Shown: positions 1 to 10,190, numbered from the stretch's first letter. The stretch: DNA of 49,618 nucleotides from an archaeon (GCA_038046585.1 JBBSVX010000018.1:1-49618); one strand, 5' to 3'. Notes: generated by a model not told the origin, from the letters alone. Numbers and translations: made by a program.

Positions 1-95
1 TATGTAAGTTACTTTGATTGGTTCCATATTAACAATTCCTTGTAGAGAATCTTTGCCGGAATAACCTTTTTAACCCTTTCAAGGACAATTAGGTC

Positions 96-2084
96 ATGCC
101 CGCTTCAAAGAAAAAGAAGAAGATGCTTGCAGTTTCAAAGAAAAACACTTTGCCTGTTTTGGGGCAGCATTCATCAATATTTTCTTTCAAGAACACTTCT
201 GAAATAATAGTTCCAAAAGGCCTCATCGCGCAGGTAATCGGACAGGATTCAAGCGTTGACATAATAAGAAAAGCTGCCGCGCAAAAAAGAAACGTTCTTT
301 TAGTGGGTTTGCCGGGAACTGGAAAATCTCTTTTAGCTCAAGCAATGTCAGAAATATTGCCAATACAGCAGCTCCAAGATATTTTAATTTACCCTAATTC
401 CGAGGATCCGAATAATCCAAAAGTAAAGGTCACAAAAGCCGGCGAAGCAAAAAAAATAATCGATCAAAACAGGCTTGAAGCAAGACGCGAAGACGATTCT
501 TCCAGGATGATTTCATTTCTCCTCCCGATGGGCTTCATGTTAATCTCGGTTTTACTTTGGCAGTTGAAATGGTATCCTGATGTTGTATTTGCAGCGCTAA
601 TAATTGTAGGCGCGTTTTTACTGATCGGTCTTTCGCTTGGCGGACAGATGAGAAATAAAGAAAGCGGCGGAAACCCAAAACTATTGGTGAACAACCTCGG
701 CAAAAAGACTGCGCCTTTCTTTGAAGCAACAGGTGCAAGAGCAGGAGCATTGCTCGGGGACGTAAGGCATGACCCGCTACAGAGCGGAGGACTTGGAACC
801 CCGCCTCACTTAAGAGTAGAGCCGGGAATGATTCACAGAGCGAGCGGCGGAGTATTATTCATTGATGAAATAGCAACACTTACCCACAAATCTCAACAGG
901 AACTTTTGACAGCAATGCAGGAAAAGAAATATTCAATTACAGGTCAGAGCGAAAACTCAAGCGGTGCAATGACAAGAACCGAACCTGTTCCGTGCGATTT
1001 TGTTTTAATAGCAGCCGGAAACTATCAGGATCTTGAAAAAGTTCATCCCGCTCTTAGATCAAGAATAAGGGGCTATGGTTATGAAGTTTACATGAACGTG
1101 GACATGGAAGACAATCCGGAGAATAGGCACAAGATAGCCCAGTTCATTGCCCAAGAAGTAATCAAGGATAATAAGATTCCTCATTTTGACAAAGAATCGG
1201 TTGAAGAGATTATATTTGAAGCAAAAAGAAGAGCCGAAAGAAAAGGAAAGCTTACTCTAAAGCTTAGGGATTTAGGCGGACTTGTAAGAGCGGCAGGGGA
1301 CGTTGCAAAAGAAAAAGGTCATTTGCTTGTTACAAAACAGGATGTTTATGAAGCAAAGATGAGCGCAAGAACCCTTGAACGCCAGATGGTTGACAAGATA
1401 ATTGATCAGAAAAGAGACTATGAAGTTTATCTGATAAACGGAAAAGCGGTGGGGCGCGTAAACGGTCTTGCAGTGTTTGGGGACGGAAGCGCCGGAAGCA
1501 TAATACCGATTGAGGCATCAGTTGCTCCTCCAAGCAGCAAGAATTCTTCAAAAGTAATTGCAACAGGAAAGCTGGGAGAGATAGCGAAAGAAGCAGTAGA
1601 AAACGTTTCAGCGATATTCAAGAAAATTTCAGGCGAATTTGCAAAAGATATTCACATTCAATTCTTACAAACTTATGAAGGTGTGGAAGGAGACTCTGCT
1701 TCGGTTTCAATCGCAACAGCAGTAATTTCTTCAATAGAAAATATTCCAGTAAGGCAGGACCTTGCAATGACAGGATCGTTAAGTGTTCGCGGAGAAGTTC
1801 TCCCGGTTGGAGGAGTATCTTCAAAAGTAAGCGCTGCAATCAAAGCGGGTTTCAAGGAAGTAATAGTTCCCCTGAGCAACATGCAGGACATTGTAATACA
1901 AAAAGATGAGATAGTAAAAATAAAAATAACTCCAGTAAGAAATCTTGTGGACGTTCTTGAGATTGCGCTTGACAACACTCCTGCAAAAAAAGCCCTTCTC
2001 ACTGAATTAAAGAAAATAATAATAGTTGAAAAGCGCTCGGAAACCCTAAAAGATTTGATAGCAAAACTAGTTCCGACAAAGTAA
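96..2084 (+). CDS. lonB: Archaeal membrane-anchored ATP-dependent protease LonB
   Basis: Walker A GLPGTGKS, two TM helices inserted in the AAA+ domain, Walker B LFIDEI, Ser-Lys protease dyad (EGDSAS ... VSSKV). Confidence 0.96.
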   Translation: MPASKKKKKMLAVSKKNTLPVLGQHSSIFSFKNTSEIIVPKGLIAQVIGQDSSVDIIRKAAAQKRNVLLVGLPGTGKSLLAQAMSEILPIQQLQDILIYPNSEDPNNPKVKVTKAGEAKKIIDQNRLEARREDDSSRMISFLLPMGFMLISVLLWQLKWYPDVVFAALIIVGAFLLIGLSLGGQMRNKESGGNPKLLVNNLGKKTAPFFEATGARAGALLGDVRHDPLQSGGLGTPPHLRVEPGMIHRASGGVLFIDEIATLTHKSQQELLTAMQEKKYSITGQSENSSGAMTRTEPVPCDFVLIAAGNYQDLEKVHPALRSRIRGYGYEVYMNVDMEDNPENRHKIAQFIAQEVIKDNKIPHFDKESVEEIIFEAKRRAERKGKLTLKLRDLGGLVRAAGDVAKEKGHLLVTKQDVYEAKMSARTLERQMVDKIIDQKRDYEVYLINGKAVGRVNGLAVFGDGSAGSIIPIEASVAPPSSKNSSKVIATGKLGEIAKEAVENVSAIFKKISGEFAKDIHIQFLQTYEGVEGDSASVSIATAVISSIENIPVRQDLAMTGSLSVRGEVLPVGGVSSKVSAAIKAGFKEVIVPLSNMQDIVIQKDEIVKIKITPVRNLVDVLEIALDNTPAKKALLTELKKIIIVEKRSETLKDLIAKLVPTK

Positions 2085-2121
2085 AATTGTAAATTCGCTT
2101 TTTCTTATAGCGGTTATTTTT

Positions 2122-2688
2122 ATGTCCGATGAACTTGTTGATTTGCTCGATAACAAAGGGAACAAGACCGGCAAAATGGCCCTAAAATCAGAGGCTCACA
2201 AAAAAGGCCTTTGGCACGAAGCCGTTCACTTATGGATATTCAATGATAAGGGCGAAATTCTTTTACAGCATAGGTGCCCTGAGAAAGTTCTTTTTCCAAA
2301 TCTCTGGGACATAAGCGTTGCGGGGCACATGGGTGCCGGAGAAGACCCGGGAAATGTGGCGTTAAGAGAGGCAAAAGAAGAACTGGGGCTTAACCTAAAT
2401 CGTAGTTTATTAAAAAAAATTAGTGTCTTTAAGCTCAGCGTTGAAGCAAATGATTCTATTTTGAACAATGAGTTCATCCACTTATTCACCTACAAGCTCA
2501 ACTACAAGCCAAAACTTGTTTACCAGAAAGGGGAAGTTGACGATGCCAAATTTATTTCCTTATCCGATTTTGAATCGGATTTAACCGACAAAAAACGCGC
2601 AAAACAATATGTCGCTGATGGAAAATTCTACGGCGAAGCGCTTAATGCAATAAGACAAGAGCTTTCAAAGATTGTTCCAAAAGAATAA
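2122..2688 (+). CDS. NUDIX hydrolase (IPP isomerase type 1-like fold)
   Basis: Nudix box GEDPGNVALREAKEELGL; HKKGLWH and FPNLWDISVAGH motifs of Idi-like Nudix proteins. Confidence 0.88.
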   Translation: MSDELVDLLDNKGNKTGKMALKSEAHKKGLWHEAVHLWIFNDKGEILLQHRCPEKVLFPNLWDISVAGHMGAGEDPGNVALREAKEELGLNLNRSLLKKISVFKLSVEANDSILNNEFIHLFTYKLNYKPKLVYQKGEVDDAKFISLSDFESDLTDKKRAKQYVADGKFYGEALNAIRQELSKIVPKE

Positions 2689-2714
2689 GTTGTGCTTCTT
2701 AGCGGTGATTTTTT

Positions 2715-3269
2715 GTGTCTGACATTTTAAAGAGGGCAGTTGCAGAAAAATATTTGTTCAATAAGTATTCCTCTTCCTACCCAAAATTATTTGCCGCCCA
2801 AAAAAGGTTTATTTCAAAAGTTCTCTCTTCTGTGCCTAAAAAAGAGATTCACCATATCGGTTCAACTTCAGTGCCAAACCTTGGCGGAAAAAAAGTCCTA
2901 GACGTCCTGGTGATCGTGGAAAAAAAGCATTTCTCAAAATCAAAGAAGCTATTGCATAACTTTGGATATGAATATGATCATACTATGGCCGGCAAGAGGC
3001 ATTTTCATAAAAAGTATTACGTGGATTACTTGGGCGTTCCAAGACTAGTTCATTTGCATTTAACTTATTTTGGCTCGGGTGCAAAAGAAGTTGCGCTGGC
3101 TTTCAGGGAATACTTAAAACACCACAAAAAAACAAGGGTCGAATATGCCAAGATAAAGCGCGAAGCCTCGAAGCGATACTCTTTTGAAGGAAAAAAATAT
3201 TCAAAGCACAAGCTTTCTTTCTTGAAAAGCACCCTAAAAAAAGCGCTGAAATGGTACAAGCAACAATAA
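2715..3269 (+). CDS. GrpB/UPF0157 nucleotidyltransferase-fold protein
   Basis: IHHIGSTSVPNLGGKKVLD motif, HLH and FREYL..H....YAKIK; GTG start after GGTGA SD. Confidence 0.88.
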   Translation: MSDILKRAVAEKYLFNKYSSSYPKLFAAQKRFISKVLSSVPKKEIHHIGSTSVPNLGGKKVLDVLVIVEKKHFSKSKKLLHNFGYEYDHTMAGKRHFHKKYYVDYLGVPRLVHLHLTYFGSGAKEVALAFREYLKHHKKTRVEYAKIKREASKRYSFEGKKYSKHKLSFLKSTLKKALKWYKQQ

Positions 3270-3313
3270 GTGTTAAATACAACTTAAATGAGTATTTCCT
3301 CAAGGTGATATGT

Positions 3314-3388
3314 TTGGTATGTGGAACTTGCGGATGCTGCGCTAAGCCTAAGAAAAAGGCAGCGGCTAAAAAGACAAAGAAGAAATAA
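3314..3388 (+). CDS. Putative 24-aa Cys-rich/Lys-rich small protein MVCGTCGCCAKPKKKAAAKKTKKK (not in ORF track)
   Basis: TATA-like ttaaata at ~3273-3279, SD aggtga at 3303-3308, TTG at 3314, TAA at 3386-3388; non-random CxxCxCC plus K/A tail. Confidence 0.6.
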   Translation: MVCGTCGCCAKPKKKAAAKKTKKK

Positions 3389-3447
3389 TTAATTGGCGAA
3401 TTTAAGTTAAAGAATCTTTTTAGAAAATTTGTCTGATGGCTGCGTTT

Positions 3448-4668
3448 TTACGCGGTCACTATTATTCTTCCTTTCTTGAGCGCGAACTGTTTCATTGTCT
3501 TTTCTGTTTTCTTTTTCGTCTCAGGATTGGTTATTTGTATCAATTGTTTTCTCTTATCTACTCCGGATACCTTTCCTAAATAGTCTCCCTGTTCGCTCAT
3601 CACAGTCATTCCTATGAGGGCTTTTGTCACCCTATTTCTTATATCAAATATTGAGCTTATTCTCATCGCGGCAACAAGTATTATTATTGCAAGCATAATG
3701 TTTGCCGGGAACCAAGCAAGATCTGCTTGTCTAAGAAATACTAGCGTCCCTGCGTCAAGTATGCTCCAAACCGCGATGACTGATGTCGCCTGCATTATGT
3801 ATTTTCCTATAAGATAAGTTTTCTTGAAGTGTATTGCGTCAAATATTCTGCCCGCTATTATCAAAAGCGCCGCTAGCGCAAAGAAAGGATAAGTTATTCT
3901 TATTGCGGAAATAGCATCAATTGTCACATCAACAAATTCTGACGACATTACTTGTATGTATGCAAGCCATATTCCAAAGAGCGGCGAAAGTGTTGCTGCA
4001 ACATACATTACTACGCTGATTCTTTGTTCAGTGGCGCTTGAAATTATTGTCCTGAAAAAATCAAACAGTCTTTCTTCTATCCCAAATCCTTTGAGCATCA
4101 GGTAAGTTCCAAGTATTAGCGCCATTGCCTGAATAGAGTACATTCCAAGGGCAAAATAGGCTATGAGCATAATTCCCGGGATTCCTAAAAATAGTCTTGC
4201 AACGCCCGGATCCTTAAGCGCTTCTTTAATTGTATAAAAAGTGGATTCAACAGCCTGCGCCTGTTTGATTACTATCTGTTCGGTGGATATTATCTTAGCC
4301 CTGCTTTGAAGCAAAGGTATGACTTGGGCATCTTCCGCGCCATCGGTGATTAGTATCCAGCCTTCGATAATATACTCTTTTTGGAGTTCGTCAAGTTGCC
4401 TATTTATTTCCTTGTCTGCCTGGAGTCCGATTTTGCCTTGGCCGGTGATTGTAACTATTTCAGCGTTCTTATACTCTTTTTCAGCTTCGAGAAGTTTTGC
4501 TACTGCAGCAAACATTGTATTTGCGTCGCTTTCAGTGGGATCAGCAAGAATGAGCTTTTTTGCAGCATCTAAGTTTTTTTCTCTGCCTATCACAGGACCC
4601 TCAACTTTGGCCTTTCTGCCAAGGTCATTGTCCCTATCTACGCAGACTACAAACACTTTTTTCTTCAA
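3448..4668 (-). CDS. DUF373-family archaeal membrane protein with C-terminal PRC-barrel-like segment
   Basis: N-terminal VVCVDRDNDLGRK...GPVIGRE...ADPTESDAN and ITDGAED motifs, multiple TM helices, tail LIGMTVMSEQGDYLGKV. Confidence 0.85.
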   Translation of the reverse strand: MKKKVFVVCVDRDNDLGRKAKVEGPVIGREKNLDAAKKLILADPTESDANTMFAAVAKLLEAEKEYKNAEIVTITGQGKIGLQADKEINRQLDELQKEYIIEGWILITDGAEDAQVIPLLQSRAKIISTEQIVIKQAQAVESTFYTIKEALKDPGVARLFLGIPGIMLIAYFALGMYSIQAMALILGTYLMLKGFGIEERLFDFFRTIISSATEQRISVVMYVAATLSPLFGIWLAYIQVMSSEFVDVTIDAISAIRITYPFFALAALLIIAGRIFDAIHFKKTYLIGKYIMQATSVIAVWSILDAGTLVFLRQADLAWFPANIMLAIIILVAAMRISSIFDIRNRVTKALIGMTVMSEQGDYLGKVSGVDKRKQLIQITNPETKKKTEKTMKQFALKKGRIIVTA

Positions 4669-4773
4669 TAAACCACCAAAAGGAAGGGCTTTATAAATAA
4701 CTTAAACTATTAACCTTATATATAAATTTGACACAATAGATTAAGGAATAGGGCAGAATTAAGGGTTATTTTG

Positions 4774-5763
4774 ATGGCTCACGCTAATTTGAAGTATTTG
4801 ATTTTTCTGGTCATGCTGGTAGTTGTTGTTGTGCTTGCAGGCCTTGCCATAATGTACCAAGACGAGCTTTTGAAGAACGCTTTTGGTATTTTGGCACTAG
4901 GAATTTTCCTATTTATTATATACAAATACGATCTTGTCATCCAGCTCCTTGACTATGAAAGAGCCGTTGTTTATCGGTTTGGAAAAGTTAATCGTGTGGG
5001 CGGTCCGGGATGGGTTATTATAATACCGATAATGGAATCCTTCCACAAAGTTGATTTGAGAGTAAAGACTTTTGATGTACCAAAACAAGAGGTTGTTACA
5101 AAAGACGGCGTTGAAGTTATAATCGACGCAATAATTTACTTGAAAGTAAAAAAGGATAATCAGAGCGTAGTAAATTCGGTGATTGAAGTTGAAGATTATT
5201 CAAAGGCAGCTCAATTGTTTGTGACTTCCTCTTTGCGTGACGTTATCGGCTCGATGAGCTTAAGTGATGTTATCTCAAATATTGAAATAATTAACGCGAA
5301 AATAAAGGAAAACTTGGAACACATTTCAAAGGACTGGGGTTTAAACGTTGAAAGCGTTGAACTTAGCGATGTTCAACTGCCTGAAGCGATAGTTACTGCA
5401 ATGCACGAAGAGAAGGCGGCCGTTCAGCAAAAACTTGCAAGAATGGAGAAAGCCCTTGCACACAAAGCAGAGATTGAAGCGGTGAAAGAAGCTACTGCGC
5501 ACCTTGACGACAAGGCGCTTGCGTACTATTACATACGTGCAATAGAAAACATGTCAAAGAACAAAGGATCAAAGATATTTTTCCCTGCTGAGTTTTCGCG
5601 TCTTGCAGAATCTTTTTCAGGATCCGACATGATGACAGGCAAGAATAAGGCTTCTGCGGCACCATCAAGCGGAAAAAATGCTTACTATAAAGAAATGCTA
5701 AAGAGCTATATTGATTCTTCCGTAAAGAAGGCAAAAGTAAAGAGCAAAGGAAAGAAAAATTAA
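4774..5763 (+). CDS. SPFH/band-7 (stomatin-like) membrane protein with Lys-rich C-terminus
   Basis: YERAVVYRFGK, GPGW..IIP, VDLR...FDVPKQEVVTKD motifs; two N-terminal TM helices. Confidence 0.93.
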   Translation: MAHANLKYLIFLVMLVVVVVLAGLAIMYQDELLKNAFGILALGIFLFIIYKYDLVIQLLDYERAVVYRFGKVNRVGGPGWVIIIPIMESFHKVDLRVKTFDVPKQEVVTKDGVEVIIDAIIYLKVKKDNQSVVNSVIEVEDYSKAAQLFVTSSLRDVIGSMSLSDVISNIEIINAKIKENLEHISKDWGLNVESVELSDVQLPEAIVTAMHEEKAAVQQKLARMEKALAHKAEIEAVKEATAHLDDKALAYYYIRAIENMSKNKGSKIFFPAEFSRLAESFSGSDMMTGKNKASAAPSSGKNAYYKEMLKSYIDSSVKKAKVKSKGKKN

Positions 5764-5819
5764 AATTAGGCAAGAAAAATCTTTCTCGCCCGTAGTTATA
5801 TCAAATTTTTTAATCAGAT

Positions 5820-6095
5820 TTACTTGCTTGCTTTGTCGAAAGCTTTTTTGAATGCATCCAAGTCTTCTTGTATCCCTTTCAATGCATCGTCAAGAACTTT
5901 CTTCGGCGCTTTTGAAGTTGTCTTAATTATGAATCTTGATTTCTTGTCAAGTGGGTGTTCGAGCCTATATGCGCAAAACTCTACCGCAGCGTCTTGGTTG
6001 AGTTTTTCTTTAAGCAGGTTTGGCAATGTGTGCCTTTCCCCTTCAAGATAGAACTCGAGTGTATTTTTTTCGTTAGAAATTACTTCTATTTTCAT
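5820..6095 (-). CDS. rpoL: RNA polymerase subunit L (Rpo11)
   Basis: GERHTLPNLLK, AYRLEHPL; directly downstream of csl4 as in the conserved archaeal arrangement. Confidence 0.95.
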   Translation of the reverse strand: MKIEVISNEKNTLEFYLEGERHTLPNLLKEKLNQDAAVEFCAYRLEHPLDKKSRFIIKTTSKAPKKVLDDALKGIQEDLDAFKKAFDKASK

Positions 6096-6897
6096 TCCTC
6101 ATCCCCCCTCTGTTAAATCCTCTGTCAGGTCTAAAACCATTATTGTCATTTCTTGGTCCTCTATTTTCTCCAAATGATGGTCTTCGGTCGCTAAATCCGC
6201 CTTCTCTTCTATCGGGTCCGCGGTTGTCAAATCTTCTTGGTCCTCTGTTGTCTCCAAATGATGGTCTTCTGTCGCTAAATCCACCTCTGCCTCTATCTCC
6301 CCCAAATCCTCTTCCGCCGCGATCTTCAAATCCGCCGCTCATCCTTGGAGGCAATTCATCTTCGTGCCATCTTCTGCTTTCTACGCTTCCGCATGAAAGG
6401 CACATAAGTTTTCCATTAGAACTGCTCAACGCATCCCTGCAATTTGAGCAATAAGCTTTGATTACTCCAAGACCTTTTTCGTTTGTTAGAAGTTCTGTTA
6501 TGAGGGGGGTTGAGAAAGCTATTTTTGCCCTTACAATGTCGCCCACTTTGAACATTTTGTCAAGTTCTTTGACAAATTCAGTTGAAACATTTCTAATCGC
6601 CAAATGCGCTGAAGGCGTAAGGATCTTTCTTCCAGATTCAGAACTCTTTAGCTCAATTACTACCATTGATTCTTTTACATACACTACTTTTCCTAGAACA
6701 ATATCGCCCTGTCTTACTCCTTCTACAGCATTTCCTTTAACGCTAACTTCCTTAGTTACATCGTTGAATGTAGCTACGCCCATTGAGGTTGATTTTACGC
6801 TTCCGTCTTCAACATAGGCGTTTTTTCCTGCGGCATACTCTTCTTCAGTAGCTATTTGCTCGCCAGGAATCACTATCTGCTGTTTTGAGTCGGCCAA
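6073..6897 (-). CDS. csl4: Exosome RNA-binding subunit Csl4 with RGG/RG-rich C-terminal extension
   Basis: VIPGEQI..EEEY..G, S1 domain FKVGDIVRAK, LGVIKAYCSNC...CLSCG Zn ribbon; likely TTG start at 6897 after GGTGA SD. Confidence 0.93.
   Translation of the reverse strand: MADSKQQIVIPGEQIATEEEYAAGKNAYVEDGSVKSTSMGVATFNDVTKEVSVKGNAVEGVRQGDIVLGKVVYVKESMVVIELKSSESGRKILTPSAHLAIRNVSTEFVKELDKMFKVGDIVRAKIAFSTPLITELLTNEKGLGVIKAYCSNCRDALSSSNGKLMCLSCGSVESRRWHEDELPPRMSGGFEDRGGRGFGGDRGRGGFSDRRPSFGDNRGPRRFDNRGPDRREGGFSDRRPSFGENRGPRNDNNGFRPDRGFNRGGMRNENRSNF
6151..6286. repeat. Two-copy 52-bp direct repeat (6151-6202 and 6235-6286, period 84) encoding GGFSDRRPSFG(D/E)NRGPR
   Basis: 48/52 identical by manual alignment; lies in the csl4 tail. 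Confidence 0.9.
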
Positions 6898-6995
6898 TTT
6901 TTCACCATGTGTAATGATAAACAAACTTAGAGTGGAAAGTATTTAATACTAAAGAGATTTACTTTATGGTAAGATATATAAAGCCAAGGGATAGC

Positions 6996-7970
6996 ATGGT
7001 TCTGGAATCACTTTTAGGGGAAAAAAATATTCGAAAATACCCTTTTCTCATAGGGATTCTTTCCGTCATGATTGCCCTTGGGGGCATTTTCTTTGCATAC
7101 ACAATATTTCCCGCTCATGCAAGCATTCTCGCTGTGGCATTCATAACAATCGGTCTTGTGCCAATAATGCACAATATTCTTGCGACCGAGGAAGAAGAAG
7201 AGGCGGAAGACAAGCACAGTTCAGTTACTTTTTTTGCCAGGCATTTTGATCTTATCCAGCTTTATGTCTGGATATTTATCGGAATAATTATTGCGTTTGC
7301 GTTGGCTTACGCTGTTGCTCCAAGTGACGTGAAACCGGTGATGTTTGAAGAGCAAATTAAGGCTTTCTGCACAATTTCCGGCGGGTGCGATAATGGTATT
7401 CCAAATTCTGTTACGGGCAAGGTGACTGGAATGGCACTTGTTGCTTGCGATCCTCAAAAAGATAATGTATTAAATTGCGGAATATTTATCCTGGAAACAA
7501 ATGGCTGGGTTCTGATTTTTGTAATAGCTCTTTCTCTTCTTTACGGTGCGGGCGCGATTTTTATAATTGCTTGGAACGCATCAATTCTTGGATTATTTTT
7601 TGGAGAAATGTTCCTTGTTGGAGAACACCTAAGGGGTATAGGGTTTTTGCAGACAATGCTTATCGGCCACGGACCGCCTGAATTATTCGCTTATGTTTTT
7701 GGAGCGCTTGCAGGAGCAATTCTTTCCGCAGCAGTTTCAAAAGGCCATCTTTGGGACCACCATGTCGGAATAATATTAAGGGATGTTTCTTTCCTTTCAG
7801 TTCTTGCGGCCGTATCTGTCGTATATGGTGCGTTTGTTGAAGCTGTCGGGATAATGGGGATGACAAACGAATACTTTATTTTAGGGTTCATTTATGTGGT
7901 AGCAGTAGTAATTGTCGTTATATTTTATGGCCGCCAGAGGCACTCTCCATTGTCGCAGAGATGGATGTAA
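6996..7970 (+). CDS. SpoIIM-like (DUF95) multi-pass membrane protein
   Basis: LSLLYGAGAIFIIAWNASILG and HGPPELFAY..GALAG motifs; many TM helices; likely start MVLESLL (upstream ATG at 6966 also possible). Confidence 0.78.
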   Translation: MVLESLLGEKNIRKYPFLIGILSVMIALGGIFFAYTIFPAHASILAVAFITIGLVPIMHNILATEEEEEAEDKHSSVTFFARHFDLIQLYVWIFIGIIIAFALAYAVAPSDVKPVMFEEQIKAFCTISGGCDNGIPNSVTGKVTGMALVACDPQKDNVLNCGIFILETNGWVLIFVIALSLLYGAGAIFIIAWNASILGLFFGEMFLVGEHLRGIGFLQTMLIGHGPPELFAYVFGALAGAILSAAVSKGHLWDHHVGIILRDVSFLSVLAAVSVVYGAFVEAVGIMGMTNEYFILGFIYVVAVVIVVIFYGRQRHSPLSQRWM

Positions 7971-7982
7971 AGGTGGCAAAAT

Positions 7983-8819
7983 ATGAAAAAGCATTTTCCA
8001 TCTAGTAAAAAATTTTCCGCCCCTAAAAAGCAGGAAAATAATTTATTTTCAAAAGTCGGTGATTTTTATGGCGAATTGAAAAAGAAGTTTTCTTTTCTAA
8101 AGTGGGTGGACCCTTTCACATATGTGGACCTATTTGTGATGCCTCAAGTCAAAAAAGTGACTGACAGTGAAGCGGTGGAATTTATTGTTAATGTTTTCTT
8201 TGCGTTCCTTTTCGCTTGGGGTCTTTATGCGGCTTTAGGAATGGCTTTTGGAACTTCAACACCGCTTGTAATAGTCTACTCTGCAAGCATGGAAGACACC
8301 CTTTTTCGAGGCGATGTGATGGCGTTGAAAAAAGCAGATATTTCTTCAAATTTTGGCCCTATAGTGGAGCTTGATGAAAAGATAGCAAGAGTTCCTTCAG
8401 ACATTTATGTTACTCCGAGTTATGTTAACGGTTCGCTTTCTTCGCTGAAATTTTTAAACGGGCAAGTAGTGAGTCCGGATGAAAAAGCATCAATAGTTGT
8501 ATACACGGCTTATCCTTCAGGGTTGCCAATAATTCATCGCGCAATAGCCCTGGTAAAAGCGAAAGACGGTTATTTTATTCTTACCAAAGGAGATAACGGC
8601 GCCACAAACCCTACGTTTGATCAGGATTGCGGAAACATTATCGGGACAGGTTCCCAAAAGCCCTGCATATCCTACTATGCGACTCCAGTAAACGAGCTTT
8701 CGGGTATTGCTTTTTTTAATGTTCCAAAAGTCGGATGCGTTAAGCTTTGGCTCGTGGACGATTTGATATCAATAGTTGCATCAGGCGCTTTGCCAAGAGA
8801 CTTTAGAGGATATTGCTAA
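7983..8819 (+). CDS. Archaeal signal peptidase I (Sec11/S26B type)
   Basis: TM helix followed by VIVYSASME..L.RGD (catalytic Ser), PIIHR (His), TKGDN. Confidence 0.88.
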   Translation: MKKHFPSSKKFSAPKKQENNLFSKVGDFYGELKKKFSFLKWVDPFTYVDLFVMPQVKKVTDSEAVEFIVNVFFAFLFAWGLYAALGMAFGTSTPLVIVYSASMEDTLFRGDVMALKKADISSNFGPIVELDEKIARVPSDIYVTPSYVNGSLSSLKFLNGQVVSPDEKASIVVYTAYPSGLPIIHRAIALVKAKDGYFILTKGDNGATNPTFDQDCGNIIGTGSQKPCISYYATPVNELSGIAFFNVPKVGCVKLWLVDDLISIVASGALPRDFRGYC

Positions 8820-8892
8820 AACAAGTTCCCTATTAGTACTCTATTTTTTGGACCCTGAAAAGCTTTTTATTCTCAAAAACCCTTAATTAGAC

Positions 8893-9354
8893 ATGGCTTT
8901 GTTTGGAATATCTAACGACATTTTGATGACACTTTCTTTCATCATGATTGCTCTCTCAATGGCAATTGTTCTGGTATCAAGTTTTATTTTAAATTCGCTT
9001 TCAAAGAAAAAAACCAAAGAAGAGCATGTTGCCGGAGATGTAATGGGTCTTCTTGAAGGTTTAAGACAGGGAAAAGATATTTGGAAAGAAATAGAAAGTC
9101 AGGGGGAAGTTACGCCTAAGCCAAATCTTGCCATAAGCCAGCATGAAATAACCCTAAAACAATTATTGATAGGCAAATTCAAACCAGTCATTGAAAAACA
9201 ATTAAAATCAAAAGTCGAAATAAAGGATTTTAACGCCAAAGGAGACAACTTTTTGGCATTAATAGAGGTAGTCGGGGCTAAAAAGTCAAAGATAAAACTC
9301 CTCCTGGTGCTTGATTCCTCGGGGAAAATACTTGACTTTAAAAGAGTGAAATAA
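8893..9354 (+). CDS. Hypothetical single-pass membrane protein
   Basis: Clean ORF, N-terminal TM helix, genome-typical codon usage. Confidence 0.7.
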   Translation: MALFGISNDILMTLSFIMIALSMAIVLVSSFILNSLSKKKTKEEHVAGDVMGLLEGLRQGKDIWKEIESQGEVTPKPNLAISQHEITLKQLLIGKFKPVIEKQLKSKVEIKDFNAKGDNFLALIEVVGAKKSKIKLLLVLDSSGKILDFKRVK

Positions 9355-9446
9355 AGCAAGTTCTTGTGCTGAGCTTTTTTCCCCAAAAATCCTTTTTTAA
9401 ACCTTAACAGGCTTTGATTGTTTATACTTTTTGGAAAGGTGCTATG

Positions 9447-10190
9447 ATGGAACTTGTTTTGAAGAATGCAGAAGTTTTTAAGAAAAGCATGGAAGCTATT
9501 TCAGTTCTTATTGACGAAGCTGAACTTGTGGTAAAGGAAACAGGACTTGAACTTAAAGCCACCGATCCAAGCCAGATATCAATGGTTGATTTTACGATGC
9601 CAAAGAAAGCCTTTGAGACTTTTAAGGCGCAGGAAACAAGACTCGGTCTTGATCTTGATTATTTGAACCAAGTTCTTGCAAGAGCTCAAGGAAATGACGA
9701 GCTTAGCCTTTCGCTTGACGAAAAAAAAGCTTTTCTCACAGTAACTTTCAGGGGAAATGCCCAGAGATCTTTTCAGGTTCCTCTAATAGACATATCTACA
9801 AGCGATGTGCCAAATCCCCGAATAGAATTTGACGCTGAAATGATGATTTCCTCGGCATTCTTGCAGAGTGCATTTAAGGACGCGGCGCTAATTAGCACTC
9901 ACGTTTCACTCGGCTGCGATTCTTCAAGATTTTTTGTGAAAGCGAATTCTTCGAAAGGAAACCTTAACGAAGAAGTTCCACAGAATAAAATCACTCTTCC
10001 AGAACTTAAGGTAAAAAAGGAATGCAAAAGCATGTTCCCTCTTGATTACTTGCAGGATATGCTTAAAGCAGCAGGTACGGGAAACAATGTGGCGCTTTAC
10101 CTAAAAACAAATGCTCCTGTTAAGATTTGCTACACAATTGGCGACGCGACAATAACTTACTATCTTGCGCCAAGGATTGAGAACGCCTAA
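9447..10190 (+). CDS. pcn: PCNA sliding clamp, copy 1 (canonical-looking)
   Basis: LIDEA....KETGLELKATDPSQISMVD, C-terminal YYLAPRIE; start placed after aaggtg SD. Confidence 0.96.
   Translation: MELVLKNAEVFKKSMEAISVLIDEAELVVKETGLELKATDPSQISMVDFTMPKKAFETFKAQETRLGLDLDYLNQVLARAQGNDELSLSLDEKKAFLTVTFRGNAQRSFQVPLIDISTSDVPNPRIEFDAEMMISSAFLQSAFKDAALISTHVSLGCDSSRFFVKANSSKGNLNEEVPQNKITLPELKVKKECKSMFPLDYLQDMLKAAGTGNNVALYLKTNAPVKICYTIGDATITYYLAPRIENA

Noticed and set aside
96-2084. Intein in LonB or in other typical hosts (topo VI, PpsA)
   Set aside because: Lengths are normal and no splice-junction (C...HN) or LAGLIDADG motifs are visible.
6151-6286. CRISPR-like repeat-spacer-repeat
   Set aside because: Only two copies, in frame within csl4 and encoding a repeated peptide; no cas genes in the window.
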